Assembly: GCA_963787835.1 (NCBI GenBank)
Contig: CAWBEI010000002.1
Coordinates: forward strand, 1,696,001 to 1,760,000
Direction: 5' to 3'
Source of the DNA: Ignavibacteriota bacterium
Lineage (GTDB): Bacteria > Bacteroidota > Ignavibacteria > Palsa-1295
Length of the DNA: 64,000 nt
Part shown: positions 9,601 through 19,368 of the stretch, one piece after another
How the letters are laid out: each line of letters opens with the position of its first letter
Position numbering within the stretch: the first letter of the stretch is position 1
Position numbers and translations under genes: made by a program
Notes under the pieces: model-generated
The model's input: only the letters and a program-made list of their open reading frames with translations
The model's database searches: none
Told to the model about the DNA's origin: nothing

Positions 9601-12600
9601 ATCGCTCGGCACGCGGGATAACTGGGGTGGGATGATGCAATATGCGCCTGGGCTGAATGTTGCGGCCACGAACACGGACGCTATTCAATTCTATATTAAG
9701 GTCGATGCTCTCGATCCATCGGATGCGGATACCGCAAAACTACGGTTCGATCTGGGAATTATTAATGACGATATTATCCCCGATAAAAAACTCGAAACCG
9801 AAGATAAAGCCCAGAACGGTCGCTATGAACCGGGTGAGGACGTTGGTCTCGATGGCCTCACCGACGCGCAGGAACAGGTCCAGTTTGGTACGAAGGTTCC
9901 CGATCCAAGCAATGACGACTATGGCACCGATTACCTGCATCTGAACGGTCAGGAAGGGAATGAGAACGATGCGTTTGCGGGCTTGACACCGGATCACGAA
10001 GATCTGGATGCGAGTGGTTCCGTTAATCTCAGCGATGCCTACTATGAATATGAGATCCCACTCAATATGGCGCTCAATAAGTATATTATTGGTGGGAATC
10101 CTTCGCAAGGGTGGTATCAGCTGCGCATTCCATTGGCAGATTATAGTCGAATTGTTGGCACGAACGATAGTTCCTTCAGCAATATCAGTTACTACAGAAT
10201 ATGGACGAAGGATGTAACGCATCCGGTGCAGTTCGAATTGTTCGAATTCATGATGGTCGGCAGCCAATGGACCCGTGGCTCCGTCGGGCTGAATCCTACG
10301 AATCCTATCGCTGATACTTCGCTGAAGATCGATTACGTTAATATCTGGGATAACAGCGGTGCACCAACCAATTATTCACCGCCTCCCGGTGCGGCAACCA
10401 CGCTTCAACCGGCTTCGACCGGTTACATTCCCGGCAACGAGCAATCGCTCTTGATGCATATTGCGTGTATTCCGGATACCGCGCGGCGCGAGGCTCAGCG
10501 TATTTTCCCGACGCCGAACGATCTCTTTAATTATCAGGCGATGGCCATCTGGGTGCATGGCGATAGCGCTACGGTTCCCACAAAGCCGCTGAACACCATC
10601 GCCGATACGGCGGGGCGCGTGTGGGTCTATTGGCGGTTCGGCTCCGATCAGTACGATTATTACGAGTATCGCCTGCCGCTCGTTGGAGGATGGCAGAACA
10701 TGCACGTGGATTTCAACACCTTGGTCAATATGAAGGTGGAACGCCCTTCCACGAATTACACGATCACCCAGACTGACCCGAACGGGGTTCCCGGCGCGAC
10801 GTATTCGGTCGTCGGCAGCCCCACATTTACGAACGCACCCTATTTTATACTCGGTGTGCAGAGCGAGACGCATCAGAGCTGCCTCACGACGGACATCTGG
10901 TGGGATGAGCTTCGCCTGCTGGACGCCAACAATAAAGTGGGCTATGCCTGGAATACGTCATCGCAGTTGAAGCTTGCGGAGTTTGGAACGATCTCCGGCT
11001 CGATCGCCGATCAAAGCGCGGATTTTCACCAGGTTGATGAACAATTTAATACCACGCGATCCGCAAACTTTAACTGGAATGTGACCGGCGTGTTCGCGAT
11101 GGATAAATTACTTCCACAATGGATGGAAGACAAAGGGTCCAAGCTTCCGCTGACGATCTCTCATGTCGAGTCCATTATCACTCCGGAGTATATCGTCAAT
11201 ACCGACATCAATCTTGCGAATGCGGTTTCGGCCATTAATACGGCGCCTGATCTTACTGCTTCGCAAAAACAATATCTTGTCGATTCGCTGACGAACAATA
11301 ATCAGACGCTTCAGGTCAAGAATTCTTTTGGCATGAACGATATAGCCCTGCGCTTTCCGGGATCGTTCTTTTTGATACCGGGATTCATCAACCGGCTTGA
11401 TTTTGGGTTTGGCTACACGGAGTCCTATCTGCGGTCGCCGCAATATCAATATGATTATACCTTCGGCTGGACGGTTTCAGGCCATTACTCGCTTCCGCCA
11501 TTGCCGGGGCTTGGTTTGGAACCGCTTAAATGGTGGGGAACCACCACGCCGATCATCGGGCCTTACTCGCAATGGAAGGTGAACCTGACGCCGAGCAATG
11601 TTTCGTTCGGAATTTCTGCCACGCGGAGCCGGAGTATCTCGCTCGAACAACTTTCCACGCTGACACTCCCGCCGGAAGGAAGCACCACGCAGGATACGCT
11701 CGACATACTGAACTCCCGTGTGCCTGTTATCAACCGCGTGTTTACGGCCACGCGTGGCATGCAGATCGACTGGCAGCCCTTTGAAGGAGGCATGCTTTCT
11801 CCAAAATTCAATTACGCGCTGGACGTAACGAGTAATCTTGCTCCACTCGAAACCACGACCTCTTGGAACCAACCCACGACCTACGACGCCAATGGGAACC
11901 CGATCTATAATTACGACAGCGTCTATTACACCCAGCGAAGTTTCCACGATATTTTGAACGATGTCTTCTTCAAGAACGGACAGCTTGCGCAGTTGGGGCA
12001 GGATTTCAGCGCCAGCCAGCGCGTTCACATGGGAACGACTCCACGGCTTCCCGGCCTCTTCGGATTCGAAAAGTGGGTCAAGCCAGTCTTCGATTATCAG
12101 GTGACGTACAAGTGGTTGAATGCACAAACCGGTTTGCAGAATGCCAAGCAGGGCGCGTGGAACAATACCATCACCACCGGGCTGGAATTTAATCTTCGTG
12201 ATCTTGGCACGATGCTTTTTGGTAAGGGATTTGCGGAGGAAGCGCCGCAGCGAGGCCGCCACGAGGAGCGCAACCGGCTTGGAACCACGCCGGAAGAACT
12301 GCAACCGCAGGGATTTGAATCGCGCCAAACCCCACTTCAGGGCCCGCAAGATCAGCCGCGCAACCAGGTGGAGCGTGGTGAAGATTTGCGTCCGCAATCT
12401 CGCCCAAATCCGTTGGGCCGCTCGACCTATATCACGGATACGATGCATAAAACAACGCTCGAAACGCCGCCGATCGATACCGTTGGTAAAATTCACAGTC
12501 ATGGGATCGGAACCGAAGGCATCAACGATAGGGAATATGTGGTCGATACCACACTATCGCCGGAAGCCCCGCCGGTTGCCGAAGGAGTAGTTCCCGAATT

Positions 12601-14008
12601 GGCGGCTCAGGAACCGGAATCCAACCTGCTGCAACAGATATTGCAGAATGCGGTGGAAAAACCGCTCTTCGATTGGAATGGAACCCGGTTCAATTTTATT
12701 CAGACCAACGCCAGCCTGAATAATGCCCTTGCAGGTAATGGCTCTGGCATTACCAATTTCCTCGCTCGCGGATTTTTTGCTCCGGAAGACGATCTGGATG
12801 GGCCTTCGCGCGCCTATCAGTTAGGGCTTATTACCGATCCCTCCGGACGCTTGCTGTTCCATTGGCAAAACCGGTTCCCATTTCTCTGGTATTCTGTTCG
12901 CCCAGGGCTTCGGGCAGACGACCCGTTCGGCGGGAACGTCGATGTGACGGACGCCTTCAATCAGACCAATAATTTTGAATTAACGACCAGCCGCCCGTTG
13001 TGGAAAGGCGCATCCATCAGTCTGAACTGGAAGCTTTCCTTTGGCTTCGACGAACGCGATGCGCTCAACATTAACAGCGAGGGCGAGCCAAGCACGCTCT
13101 ATGAAGCAAAATCCGGAGATATTTCCCGCACGTTCTTTTCTATTCCTTCCCTCCCGTTCCTTGGTAATGTGTTCCAAAGCGGCATTATTAATGTAGGAGA
13201 GAAGTACAAGCAAATGGTGATGGCCGCCGGTGCGCCGAATGAAGATACTGCCCGCTTCGTGTTGCCGACAGCACAGCACAACCTTATCGAGCAGAATGCC
13301 TTTATGGAAGGATTTGAAACCCTACCATTCTTTGAGAGTGCGCTTCGGGAATATCTGCCACGGCTAAATTATTCCTTCACCTGGTCGGGGCTGGAGAAAT
13401 TTCCGTTGTTCAGCTTTGCGGACCACGCGAGTTTCCGCGACGCGTATAATGGAACCTACCGGCGCTCGTTCCGACAGGATCCCGGCGATACGCTCGATCT
13501 TACTTCCATGCAAACGATCGTCTATGGGTTCCGTCCGCTCATCGCCTTCGATATGTCGTGGGATAAGCTATGGAATGGCAAGCTCACCACCAGCCTCAAT
13601 TACGATACACAAACGCAATGGGCTGCCGATTATGCTTCCACGCGCATTACCGAGCAGCTTTCTACTACGTTTGGCATAACCGCGAATTATTCGAGGCAGG
13701 GTCTTAATATTCCGTTCCTCAAACTGAATCTCAAGAACGAACTCACGGCAAGCTTCACGCTCAGTGAGACCATCTCATCGAGCAGTTATTATAATTTCTG
13801 GACCATCGACCAAATACCAGGCGGCATTAGCGATGGAGGACTTACCAAAATTACGATCGAGCCGCGCGTGGGCTACAGCATGAGCCAGCAGCTTACCGTC
13901 GAGATGTTCTACCATTACGAGCGCACTACGCCGGCCGCAAGTGGACTGATCAGCCCGCCAACTTTGCTTGTCGAGGCAGGGTTCGATATTAAGCTGAAGA
14001 TACAGTAA
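6692..14008 (+). CDS. sprA: Type IX secretion system translocon SprA/Sov
   Basis: 2438 aa; GTIGDKL, EILQEFDAGNV, LFGLK, GSVRVTIGG..EGTDYRVDY, AYLDDFEG, WYQLRIPL and WWDELRL motifs; exact start uncertain. Confidence 0.92.
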   Translation: MRIISGNSWQTEHIASRAMGCAVALILVTSMLSLDSCRKPKEVEKNPNQTKTDTTAPDTSKGFISQQYDSLSHKFTDFFSSLLPRGKDTTKGFPMVTTPPPDLNPPVVTPDIPAEPGFLASPIKRKIEFDTNGNVVQRDVFLGSDVRSPVTTSFSDYIHAQEDQTITSGFEAAMHKQIDTGKTVDQQTGLLGDYNTIQIPIPPSIVPTIFGRPSINLKVNGDVGIHMAYRDQVTYATAGANFFGSEQGLDFKQEINISTNGTIGDKLKIGADWGSDRMFQYDNLLKFNYQGYPDEILQEFDAGNVTFNTPSQYIAPQQDLFGLKAIMRFGPLYVTALAAQKKGSRGSKSFGGGAGTATEHLIQPWTYRRNRFFLDTSFIKYYEPTLSTIPEGGSPLVQNGTVEVWQTTTQLTLINVRPAVAYYSLPASNAGYSSAMRSASGNGQTIINAHWVKMDTSRYTVDWNTGVLILSQDPEDVQTSLAVSYQTANGAQYGDRSTDQSDSTLVLKLIKPAGTFSNVAYPSWNNLLKNSYYIGGVGFDPTNFSGRIDLTAPGGHQIEYLSVASGGTPQKAISIMGLDRYNNSSPSNKTPDGLIDYGQQFTSDYIVDPKTGTIIFPYLQPFGSVISNYNAAQKRRDAKYVDDTNFYMPEIYNTIQSTLVQTETKLVNLDIKYTGGVSSTLNLGAFNLVEGSVRVTIGGTQLVEGTDYRVDYNSGTVTILNSDLINTGQINVEYDVHDVFSNATKNVLGMRAEVPLFDDQAIQKGDIGITALNYSASLPTLKTRQGEEPFSNWIIGADGSYKFDAPFLTDALNAMPIFNLKDKSSLAVKVDAAVSLPNPNTDVSPMPVDNGASIAYLDDFEGGLNEFPLYLNYGRWVPASQPMDSAFQARHPAGNNPDSAYWTNPINQLKGRTAWYPPTTMPYPGVGFPPLSGPAGIKPNEQTATTGQTATTMWYTFDPTQAGIYNPNPSSLGTRDNWGGMMQYAPGLNVAATNTDAIQFYIKVDALDPSDADTAKLRFDLGIINDDIIPDKKLETEDKAQNGRYEPGEDVGLDGLTDAQEQVQFGTKVPDPSNDDYGTDYLHLNGQEGNENDAFAGLTPDHEDLDASGSVNLSDAYYEYEIPLNMALNKYIIGGNPSQGWYQLRIPLADYSRIVGTNDSSFSNISYYRIWTKDVTHPVQFELFEFMMVGSQWTRGSVGLNPTNPIADTSLKIDYVNIWDNSGAPTNYSPPPGAATTLQPASTGYIPGNEQSLLMHIACIPDTARREAQRIFPTPNDLFNYQAMAIWVHGDSATVPTKPLNTIADTAGRVWVYWRFGSDQYDYYEYRLPLVGGWQNMHVDFNTLVNMKVERPSTNYTITQTDPNGVPGATYSVVGSPTFTNAPYFILGVQSETHQSCLTTDIWWDELRLLDANNKVGYAWNTSSQLKLAEFGTISGSIADQSADFHQVDEQFNTTRSANFNWNVTGVFAMDKLLPQWMEDKGSKLPLTISHVESIITPEYIVNTDINLANAVSAINTAPDLTASQKQYLVDSLTNNNQTLQVKNSFGMNDIALRFPGSFFLIPGFINRLDFGFGYTESYLRSPQYQYDYTFGWTVSGHYSLPPLPGLGLEPLKWWGTTTPIIGPYSQWKVNLTPSNVSFGISATRSRSISLEQLSTLTLPPEGSTTQDTLDILNSRVPVINRVFTATRGMQIDWQPFEGGMLSPKFNYALDVTSNLAPLETTTSWNQPTTYDANGNPIYNYDSVYYTQRSFHDILNDVFFKNGQLAQLGQDFSASQRVHMGTTPRLPGLFGFEKWVKPVFDYQVTYKWLNAQTGLQNAKQGAWNNTITTGLEFNLRDLGTMLFGKGFAEEAPQRGRHEERNRLGTTPEELQPQGFESRQTPLQGPQDQPRNQVERGEDLRPQSRPNPLGRSTYITDTMHKTTLETPPIDTVGKIHSHGIGTEGINDREYVVDTTLSPEAPPVAEGVVPELAAQEPESNLLQQILQNAVEKPLFDWNGTRFNFIQTNASLNNALAGNGSGITNFLARGFFAPEDDLDGPSRAYQLGLITDPSGRLLFHWQNRFPFLWYSVRPGLRADDPFGGNVDVTDAFNQTNNFELTTSRPLWKGASISLNWKLSFGFDERDALNINSEGEPSTLYEAKSGDISRTFFSIPSLPFLGNVFQSGIINVGEKYKQMVMAAGAPNEDTARFVLPTAQHNLIEQNAFMEGFETLPFFESALREYLPRLNYSFTWSGLEKFPLFSFADHASFRDAYNGTYRRSFRQDPGDTLDLTSMQTIVYGFRPLIAFDMSWDKLWNGKLTTSLNYDTQTQWAADYASTRITEQLSTTFGITANYSRQGLNIPFLKLNLKNELTASFTLSETISSSSYYNFWTIDQIPGGISDGGLTKITIEPRVGYSMSQQLTVEMFYHYERTTPAASGLISPPTLLVEAGFDIKLKIQ

Positions 14009-14210
14009 GGGAACTGTCTCTATTGGTAAGCTTGGCTCTTGCATGGATGTCAGCCAATTGTGAAATACTTTTAATATTTTGATTTAAACCTTGCCTGCAG
14101 ATTCGGTGTCAAATCTGCATCTTTGCTTCTTTTGCTGGCTGCAAGCGTCGTTCCTGATGCTTGTGTAGCGTTCCTTTGTAGTCGTCAATACATTAAAAAT
14201 AGATCCAGTT

Positions 14211-16082
14211 ATGAAGTTTGGACGATCCATTCGTGCAACCGTGGGTTGCATTTGTTTTACCGTAGCTATATCTGGCGCTTCCTTCAGTGCGAACGCCATA
14301 CCTGTTTCCACTCGGCCTGTTGGGGTCGTGCATCAATATCCGTTAGCCGGCGCTCGTGAGGTTCCTGTTGGAACCGACATTGGCATTCGGGCGGTCGGAG
14401 CGTATGACCCGGCGCATCTTGCAACGCAAACGTTTATTGCGGTTGGGTCACGGTCGGGGGCGCATCCGATGGCAGTCCATTTAAGCCGCGATCGTACCGT
14501 GGCGATATTCCATTCCGCCACTGCCTTTGCGTATGGTGAAGCGGTACATTTTGAGATGAGGACGCAGATCGCCGGTGGCATGGCCATTGCCGACACCTTC
14601 ACGTTTCAGACGATGGTGAAGCCCGCGCCTGCTACGATTCCGGATTTCGTTCGAAATGAGGTTCCCGTTTCCCCCAACCCTTCTGGAACGTTCCATGTGG
14701 CAAGCATCGAGCAGGATTCCCTGCCGCCCATGACCGTTACCGTCGATGATAGCGCCACGCCGGGGACCATTTACTTCGACAATTTCGGTTTCACCGCCGT
14801 GCCGAACGCCTGTTTCCTCTTTAATTGCAATGAACATGGGCAGATCATCCGCGACGAAGAGCAGCCGGGGGAATCCTCTCGAGATTTTAAGCTTCAGCCT
14901 ACTGGCTTAAGAACGTATTTCGATGTGAACACCGGGGCATTTCTTGGTGTAGATTCCAATTGGAATATTGTCGATACGTTCGCCGCATTGAATTACGGGA
15001 CGGATCAACATGAACTTCGCATCTTCCCCGATGGAAGTTACGCTTTACTTGGATTATCCGTGAGCTATATCAATATGAGCCTGTTGGTGCCTGATGGATT
15101 AGATTCAGCTGAAGTCTATGGCGATGTCATCCAGCGATTCGATCCGGATGGCAACCTTGTGTTCGAATGGCGTGGGATCGATCATTACGATGTTGCAGAT
15201 TCGAAATACGAGGATCTGACCGGATCCGGGATCGATTTCGAGCATGCAAACTCGCTCGATTTCGATTCTTTGGGTAATATCATTCTCTCGAATCGGCATT
15301 TGTGCGAGATCTCGAATATCAATGGCGTTACCGGCGATTTTATCTGGCGATTGGGTGGGGCGCATAACCAGTTCACGCTCGTGGGAGACTCGATGTGGTT
15401 TTCGTTCCAACATGCCGCGCGCTGGATCCCCAACGGTCATCTGACGGCCTTCGATAACTCCAATTACGATACGATCACCGGCGGAGATGGGACGTGGATC
15501 CAAAAAAGCCGGGCTGTGGAATATGCGCTCGACACGACGGCAAAAACGGCCACATTGGTGTGGCAGTACCATCATACGCCCGAAACATGGTCGGCAGCGA
15601 TGGGCTACGTCGAGCGTTTGCCGAACGGAAATACCTTTATCGGCTGGGGCGATGACACCGATGTTTCGATGACGGAAATCCGTCCAGATAATAGCACCGC
15701 CTTTGAAATGGTGATGGGCGCGGGGAATGTATCTTACCGGGCCATTAAGTTCTTGCCCGATACCCTTGGGTCGATTCTGGACACCACCGCAAGTGTCTCT
15801 ACCGCTCTTGATGCCGGGAATTCCGATGATGCTTTGGAGATCGAGGCTGGAACCGATGGAACGATCTCGGCTAATATTTCTCTCGATCGTAGCCAGTTCG
15901 TTACGCTTACCGTTTATGATATGACGGGCAGAGCGATCCGGAATGTGCTGACCTCTGCGTGGGAAAGCTCCGGCAACCATCCCGTCGCTCTCGATCTGCA
16001 AGGGCTTTCGGATGGGTCGTACGAATGTGTGCTGACAACGGAAAACTCTACACTCATCCGCAGCTTCACTCATTTGCAATGA
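14211..16082 (+). CDS. Aryl-sulfate sulfotransferase (ASST) family protein with N-terminal Ig-like domain and T9SS CTD
   Basis: DQHE, DFEHANS, IWRLGG, FQHAAR, FDN and RLPNGNTFIGWG motifs; YDMTGR...GSYECVL CTD. Confidence 0.85.
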   Translation: MKFGRSIRATVGCICFTVAISGASFSANAIPVSTRPVGVVHQYPLAGAREVPVGTDIGIRAVGAYDPAHLATQTFIAVGSRSGAHPMAVHLSRDRTVAIFHSATAFAYGEAVHFEMRTQIAGGMAIADTFTFQTMVKPAPATIPDFVRNEVPVSPNPSGTFHVASIEQDSLPPMTVTVDDSATPGTIYFDNFGFTAVPNACFLFNCNEHGQIIRDEEQPGESSRDFKLQPTGLRTYFDVNTGAFLGVDSNWNIVDTFAALNYGTDQHELRIFPDGSYALLGLSVSYINMSLLVPDGLDSAEVYGDVIQRFDPDGNLVFEWRGIDHYDVADSKYEDLTGSGIDFEHANSLDFDSLGNIILSNRHLCEISNINGVTGDFIWRLGGAHNQFTLVGDSMWFSFQHAARWIPNGHLTAFDNSNYDTITGGDGTWIQKSRAVEYALDTTAKTATLVWQYHHTPETWSAAMGYVERLPNGNTFIGWGDDTDVSMTEIRPDNSTAFEMVMGAGNVSYRAIKFLPDTLGSILDTTASVSTALDAGNSDDALEIEAGTDGTISANISLDRSQFVTLTVYDMTGRAIRNVLTSAWESSGNHPVALDLQGLSDGSYECVLTTENSTLIRSFTHLQ

Positions 16083-16151
16083 TAACGCCGTAGGCTGGAT
16101 GCTGCCGGCGCTCCGAACGTGTTGACCGTGCTGCTCTGTTCATAGGCTCCT

Positions 16152-17078
16152 ATGGCACAGCAACGGTTTGAAGATCTTGGAATCGGCACAAAGGCGGCCG
16201 AATCGCGAGTTCGGCTGCTCAATCGGGACGGCTCGTTCAACGTTCACCGCCGTGGGCTTCCGTTTCTTTCGTGGTTCAGCGGTTATCACTACCTGATCTC
16301 GATCCCGTGGTGGAAATTCAGCGTTTTGATCTTTCTTGCATACGTATTCATCAATGCGTGCTTTGGTGGTATCTATCTCTTGATCGGCACGGATGGCCTC
16401 TCCGGGATTGATGGCCATACGCTCGCCGAGCGCTATTTAGAATCGGTCTTTTTTAGTACGCAGACATTTACCACGGTAGGGTTCGGGCGAATCGCTCCGG
16501 TCGGAATGGGTGCGAACATTGTGGCAGCATTCGAATCTCTAACCGGATTGCTTTGCTTTGCCCTTGCGACGGGATTACTCTATGGAAGATTCTCCCGTCC
16601 GGTGGCGAAAATTATTTTCAGCAAACACGCCCTGATCGCTCCGTATGAAAATATCACCGCCTTTATGTTCCGAATCGCGAACCAGCGTATCAACCAATTG
16701 ATCGATGTTAAGGCTACGGTCACGCTAAGCCGGCGTGAAACCGGTCCGGATGGAAAACTAGCTCGAAAATTCTATCCGCTCGACTTGGAACGAAAATCGG
16801 TGACATTTTTTCATTTAAGCTGGACGGTTGTTCATCCGATCACGGAGCAAAGTCCGCTATACGGAGTTAACGAGCAACAGTTGGATGAATCCGATGCGGA
16901 GTTCCTTATCTTGATGGAAGCGTTCGATGATACTTTCTCGCAAAATGTCCATACGCGAACCTCCTATAAGGATCATGAGGTGGTATTTGGCCAGAAGTTC
17001 AAAAGTATTATTCGGATCGGGTCGGACGGCGTGACCGAGATCGATCTTGACAAGATCCATGACTATGAGAAAGCGTAA
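16152..17078 (+). CDS. Inward-rectifier potassium channel (KirBac-like)
   Basis: FFSTQTFTTVGFG selectivity filter; RFSRP, FRIANQR and WTVVHPITEQSPL. Confidence 0.92.
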   Translation: MAQQRFEDLGIGTKAAESRVRLLNRDGSFNVHRRGLPFLSWFSGYHYLISIPWWKFSVLIFLAYVFINACFGGIYLLIGTDGLSGIDGHTLAERYLESVFFSTQTFTTVGFGRIAPVGMGANIVAAFESLTGLLCFALATGLLYGRFSRPVAKIIFSKHALIAPYENITAFMFRIANQRINQLIDVKATVTLSRRETGPDGKLARKFYPLDLERKSVTFFHLSWTVVHPITEQSPLYGVNEQQLDESDAEFLILMEAFDDTFSQNVHTRTSYKDHEVVFGQKFKSIIRIGSDGVTEIDLDKIHDYEKA

Positions 17079-17227
17079 TGAAACCGAGTGTACAGTAGTG
17101 TGTTATTATTTACGAGCGCACTTACTAACAATATTGATATTCGTAATGGGTCTGAGGCGCTAATTCGATAAGTATATTTTTGCGAGCAACCTCGTTTTTC
17201 CTCTTTTCTCGATTAGTCAGACCTTTG

Positions 17228-17884
17228 ATGGGTCTTAGCTGCCGTTTATTCGGGGCAACGCTTTTGGTTGTGATCTATTGCACTACTTGTTTCGCACAAT
17301 CGAAGGGGCTACCACCCGTTCCTTCTCTACAGGATATCAGTACCACCTATATTTTCGCCTCCATCGGAGCGTTTATTCCATCTTCAGAAAGCTACAGGCT
17401 CAATTTTGCGAACAGCTTCATCGGGCTACCGATCGAAGTAAGCGGGGGATTGCTTTTTCCGCTTGGCCACGATGTGTTCGTTCCTTTCACAGTTCGCTAT
17501 GACCGCCGGACGGCCAATTTTGTGACGGGAATGTCCATGGAGGTAACGTCGATCGAACCGGGGGTGCGATATTTTTTCCAAAAGGAGAATGCCCACGATC
17601 TTCGGATCTTTGGATCGGTCGAGGGACTTTTCGCTAATGCGAGCGTTGCAGGTACCTATGATGTTTCGGCGGACGGCACGGTTAGTGGTACCGCACTCGC
17701 CCAAAGGGACTATTTTAATATCGGGCTGGGTGTCAACCTTGGCCTCATGTATCCGTTAACTCCGACCACCTCACTCGAAGCGATCGTTCATTTAGCCACC
17801 TACCTGGCAAGCCCCGTTGCCAATGGTGGGCTGGGAAATATTGGCGGGGTATCGATCAGCGCATCGTATCGTTTTGGATTTTGA
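17228..17884 (+). CDS. Small outer-membrane beta-barrel protein
   Basis: Signal peptide (..CFA|Q), amphipathic strands, C-terminal SYRFGF; start set at ATG 17228. Confidence 0.65.
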   Translation: MGLSCRLFGATLLVVIYCTTCFAQSKGLPPVPSLQDISTTYIFASIGAFIPSSESYRLNFANSFIGLPIEVSGGLLFPLGHDVFVPFTVRYDRRTANFVTGMSMEVTSIEPGVRYFFQKENAHDLRIFGSVEGLFANASVAGTYDVSADGTVSGTALAQRDYFNIGLGVNLGLMYPLTPTTSLEAIVHLATYLASPVANGGLGNIGGVSISASYRFGF

Positions 17885-17886
17885 TC

Positions 17887-18324
17887 ATGCTCAGACCTCA
17901 GAACTACTCAAGACGCATTATTTTCTCGCTCGTGCTGATCGGGATGATGGGTTGCTCGACGGAGGCAGTCCAGAATGGTTCCATCCGCCTTCAATTCAGC
18001 CGGAAGCCTGCACCACAGGGCGCTCTGAAGGACTCGCTCTTTCCAGTCTCCCCAAATCCGTTCAACCGCACTGCCGGGGATACAAGCTTATTAATTGTGT
18101 TTACGCTTCAGGATACCAGTGCTGCAAATCTGCTCGTTCAGAACGCGATCGGCGATCCGATCGCGGATTATTATGACACGCTGCTTCCGCCAGGTACCTA
18201 CTCCGGCTGGTGGGAGCCTTTTGCTTCGGACGGAACTCCGCTCATGAGTGGGATTTATTTTGTTACGATACAGAATGGCGCATTTATCGATTCGCGTTTA
18301 GTCAATTTACAAGAAAATGAATAA
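17887..18324 (+). CDS. Lipoprotein consisting mainly of a T9SS-CTD/FlgD-Ig-like domain
   Basis: Lipobox MMGC; SPNPFN...GTYSGWW..SDGTPLMSGIYFVTI. Confidence 0.65.
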   Translation: MLRPQNYSRRIIFSLVLIGMMGCSTEAVQNGSIRLQFSRKPAPQGALKDSLFPVSPNPFNRTAGDTSLLIVFTLQDTSAANLLVQNAIGDPIADYYDTLLPPGTYSGWWEPFASDGTPLMSGIYFVTIQNGAFIDSRLVNLQENE

Positions 18325-19354
18325 GACTCATGAACGGATAAGGCATAGTGGAAAGTGGATGGTACATCCTGCAATACTTTTGTGCTTTTGCATAGTATTC
18401 ATGGTTTTTCAAGTTCACATAGCGCGTTCTCAAACTGCGAATGTCGGTACACTTTCCACTATTCACTCTCCACTGCCGATTGATCGTTATCTGCAGCTCG
18501 CGCATCCGATCGGAACCGTGAAGCTTGATTTTCCCGGACCAGGCGGAGGGTTCACCTTCATCCATCTTCCAACCAAAGAACGAATGGAGTGGGGAGATAC
18601 GCTTGTGAATGACCACACCTATCTTCTTGATCTGAACGTTGCTAACGATGGTCTTTATCTTGCTCCGGATACGATGGTTTCGTTTGCAAGCACGACGCCG
18701 TTCCAGTTCGTTCTGTCCAAAGCCCATATCATTCATGCTGATCTTACACCCGGGCACTCTAAGGAAGTGCTTCGGGGACTCGATTCCTCCTTCAACGGTA
18801 CGATCGGTTTCGGGCTTATCAAGCAGTTCATTACTGCATTTGATTTCAAGAGAAATCAGCTTACGTTCTACCCCCTTTATTCGAGCGATTCCATTCCGGA
18901 TGACGATACTAACGTGATCCAGCTTCCATTATTAGATGATGCAGAGGTCACGTATTGCCATTGTTTTTCGCATACGATCTGGTTGGATGTTAAGGCGCCA
19001 CCATTACCGGAGGGGCATGTAAATCTTGCATTTCACATTCCGCAATCGGAGATCTACAAACCTTCGCTCGATTCTGCAACCCGGATCAAGGTCGATCAGA
19101 ATCATTTGCAGGATTCGCTCGCGGGTGGGAACCGCCCGATCGGATTAGAACTGGGTCCCTTTCTGATACGCGATCTGTCCGGGCACGTTTATAATCTGTC
19201 CCATCGAAATCCGCATCGCCTTGTGGATCCCATGCCGCCTATCTATCATGATTTCAACATTCCCGTCATGGGTTCGCTTGGCACCGATGTGCTGCGGACG
19301 TTCAGCGGCATCATCATCGACCCCTCTCGCGGGCGGGTGATCTTTGTGAAGTAG
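18317..19354 (+). CDS. Secreted tandem retropepsin-like protein with degenerate active sites
   Basis: Two GxxGxxxL...D motifs (GTIGFGLIKQFITAFDF; GSLGTDVLRTFSGIIID) but no D-T/S-G. Confidence 0.55.
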   Translation: MNKTHERIRHSGKWMVHPAILLCFCIVFMVFQVHIARSQTANVGTLSTIHSPLPIDRYLQLAHPIGTVKLDFPGPGGGFTFIHLPTKERMEWGDTLVNDHTYLLDLNVANDGLYLAPDTMVSFASTTPFQFVLSKAHIIHADLTPGHSKEVLRGLDSSFNGTIGFGLIKQFITAFDFKRNQLTFYPLYSSDSIPDDDTNVIQLPLLDDAEVTYCHCFSHTIWLDVKAPPLPEGHVNLAFHIPQSEIYKPSLDSATRIKVDQNHLQDSLAGGNRPIGLELGPFLIRDLSGHVYNLSHRNPHRLVDPMPPIYHDFNIPVMGSLGTDVLRTFSGIIIDPSRGRVIFVK

Positions 19355-19368
19355 CGACACACATGCCT

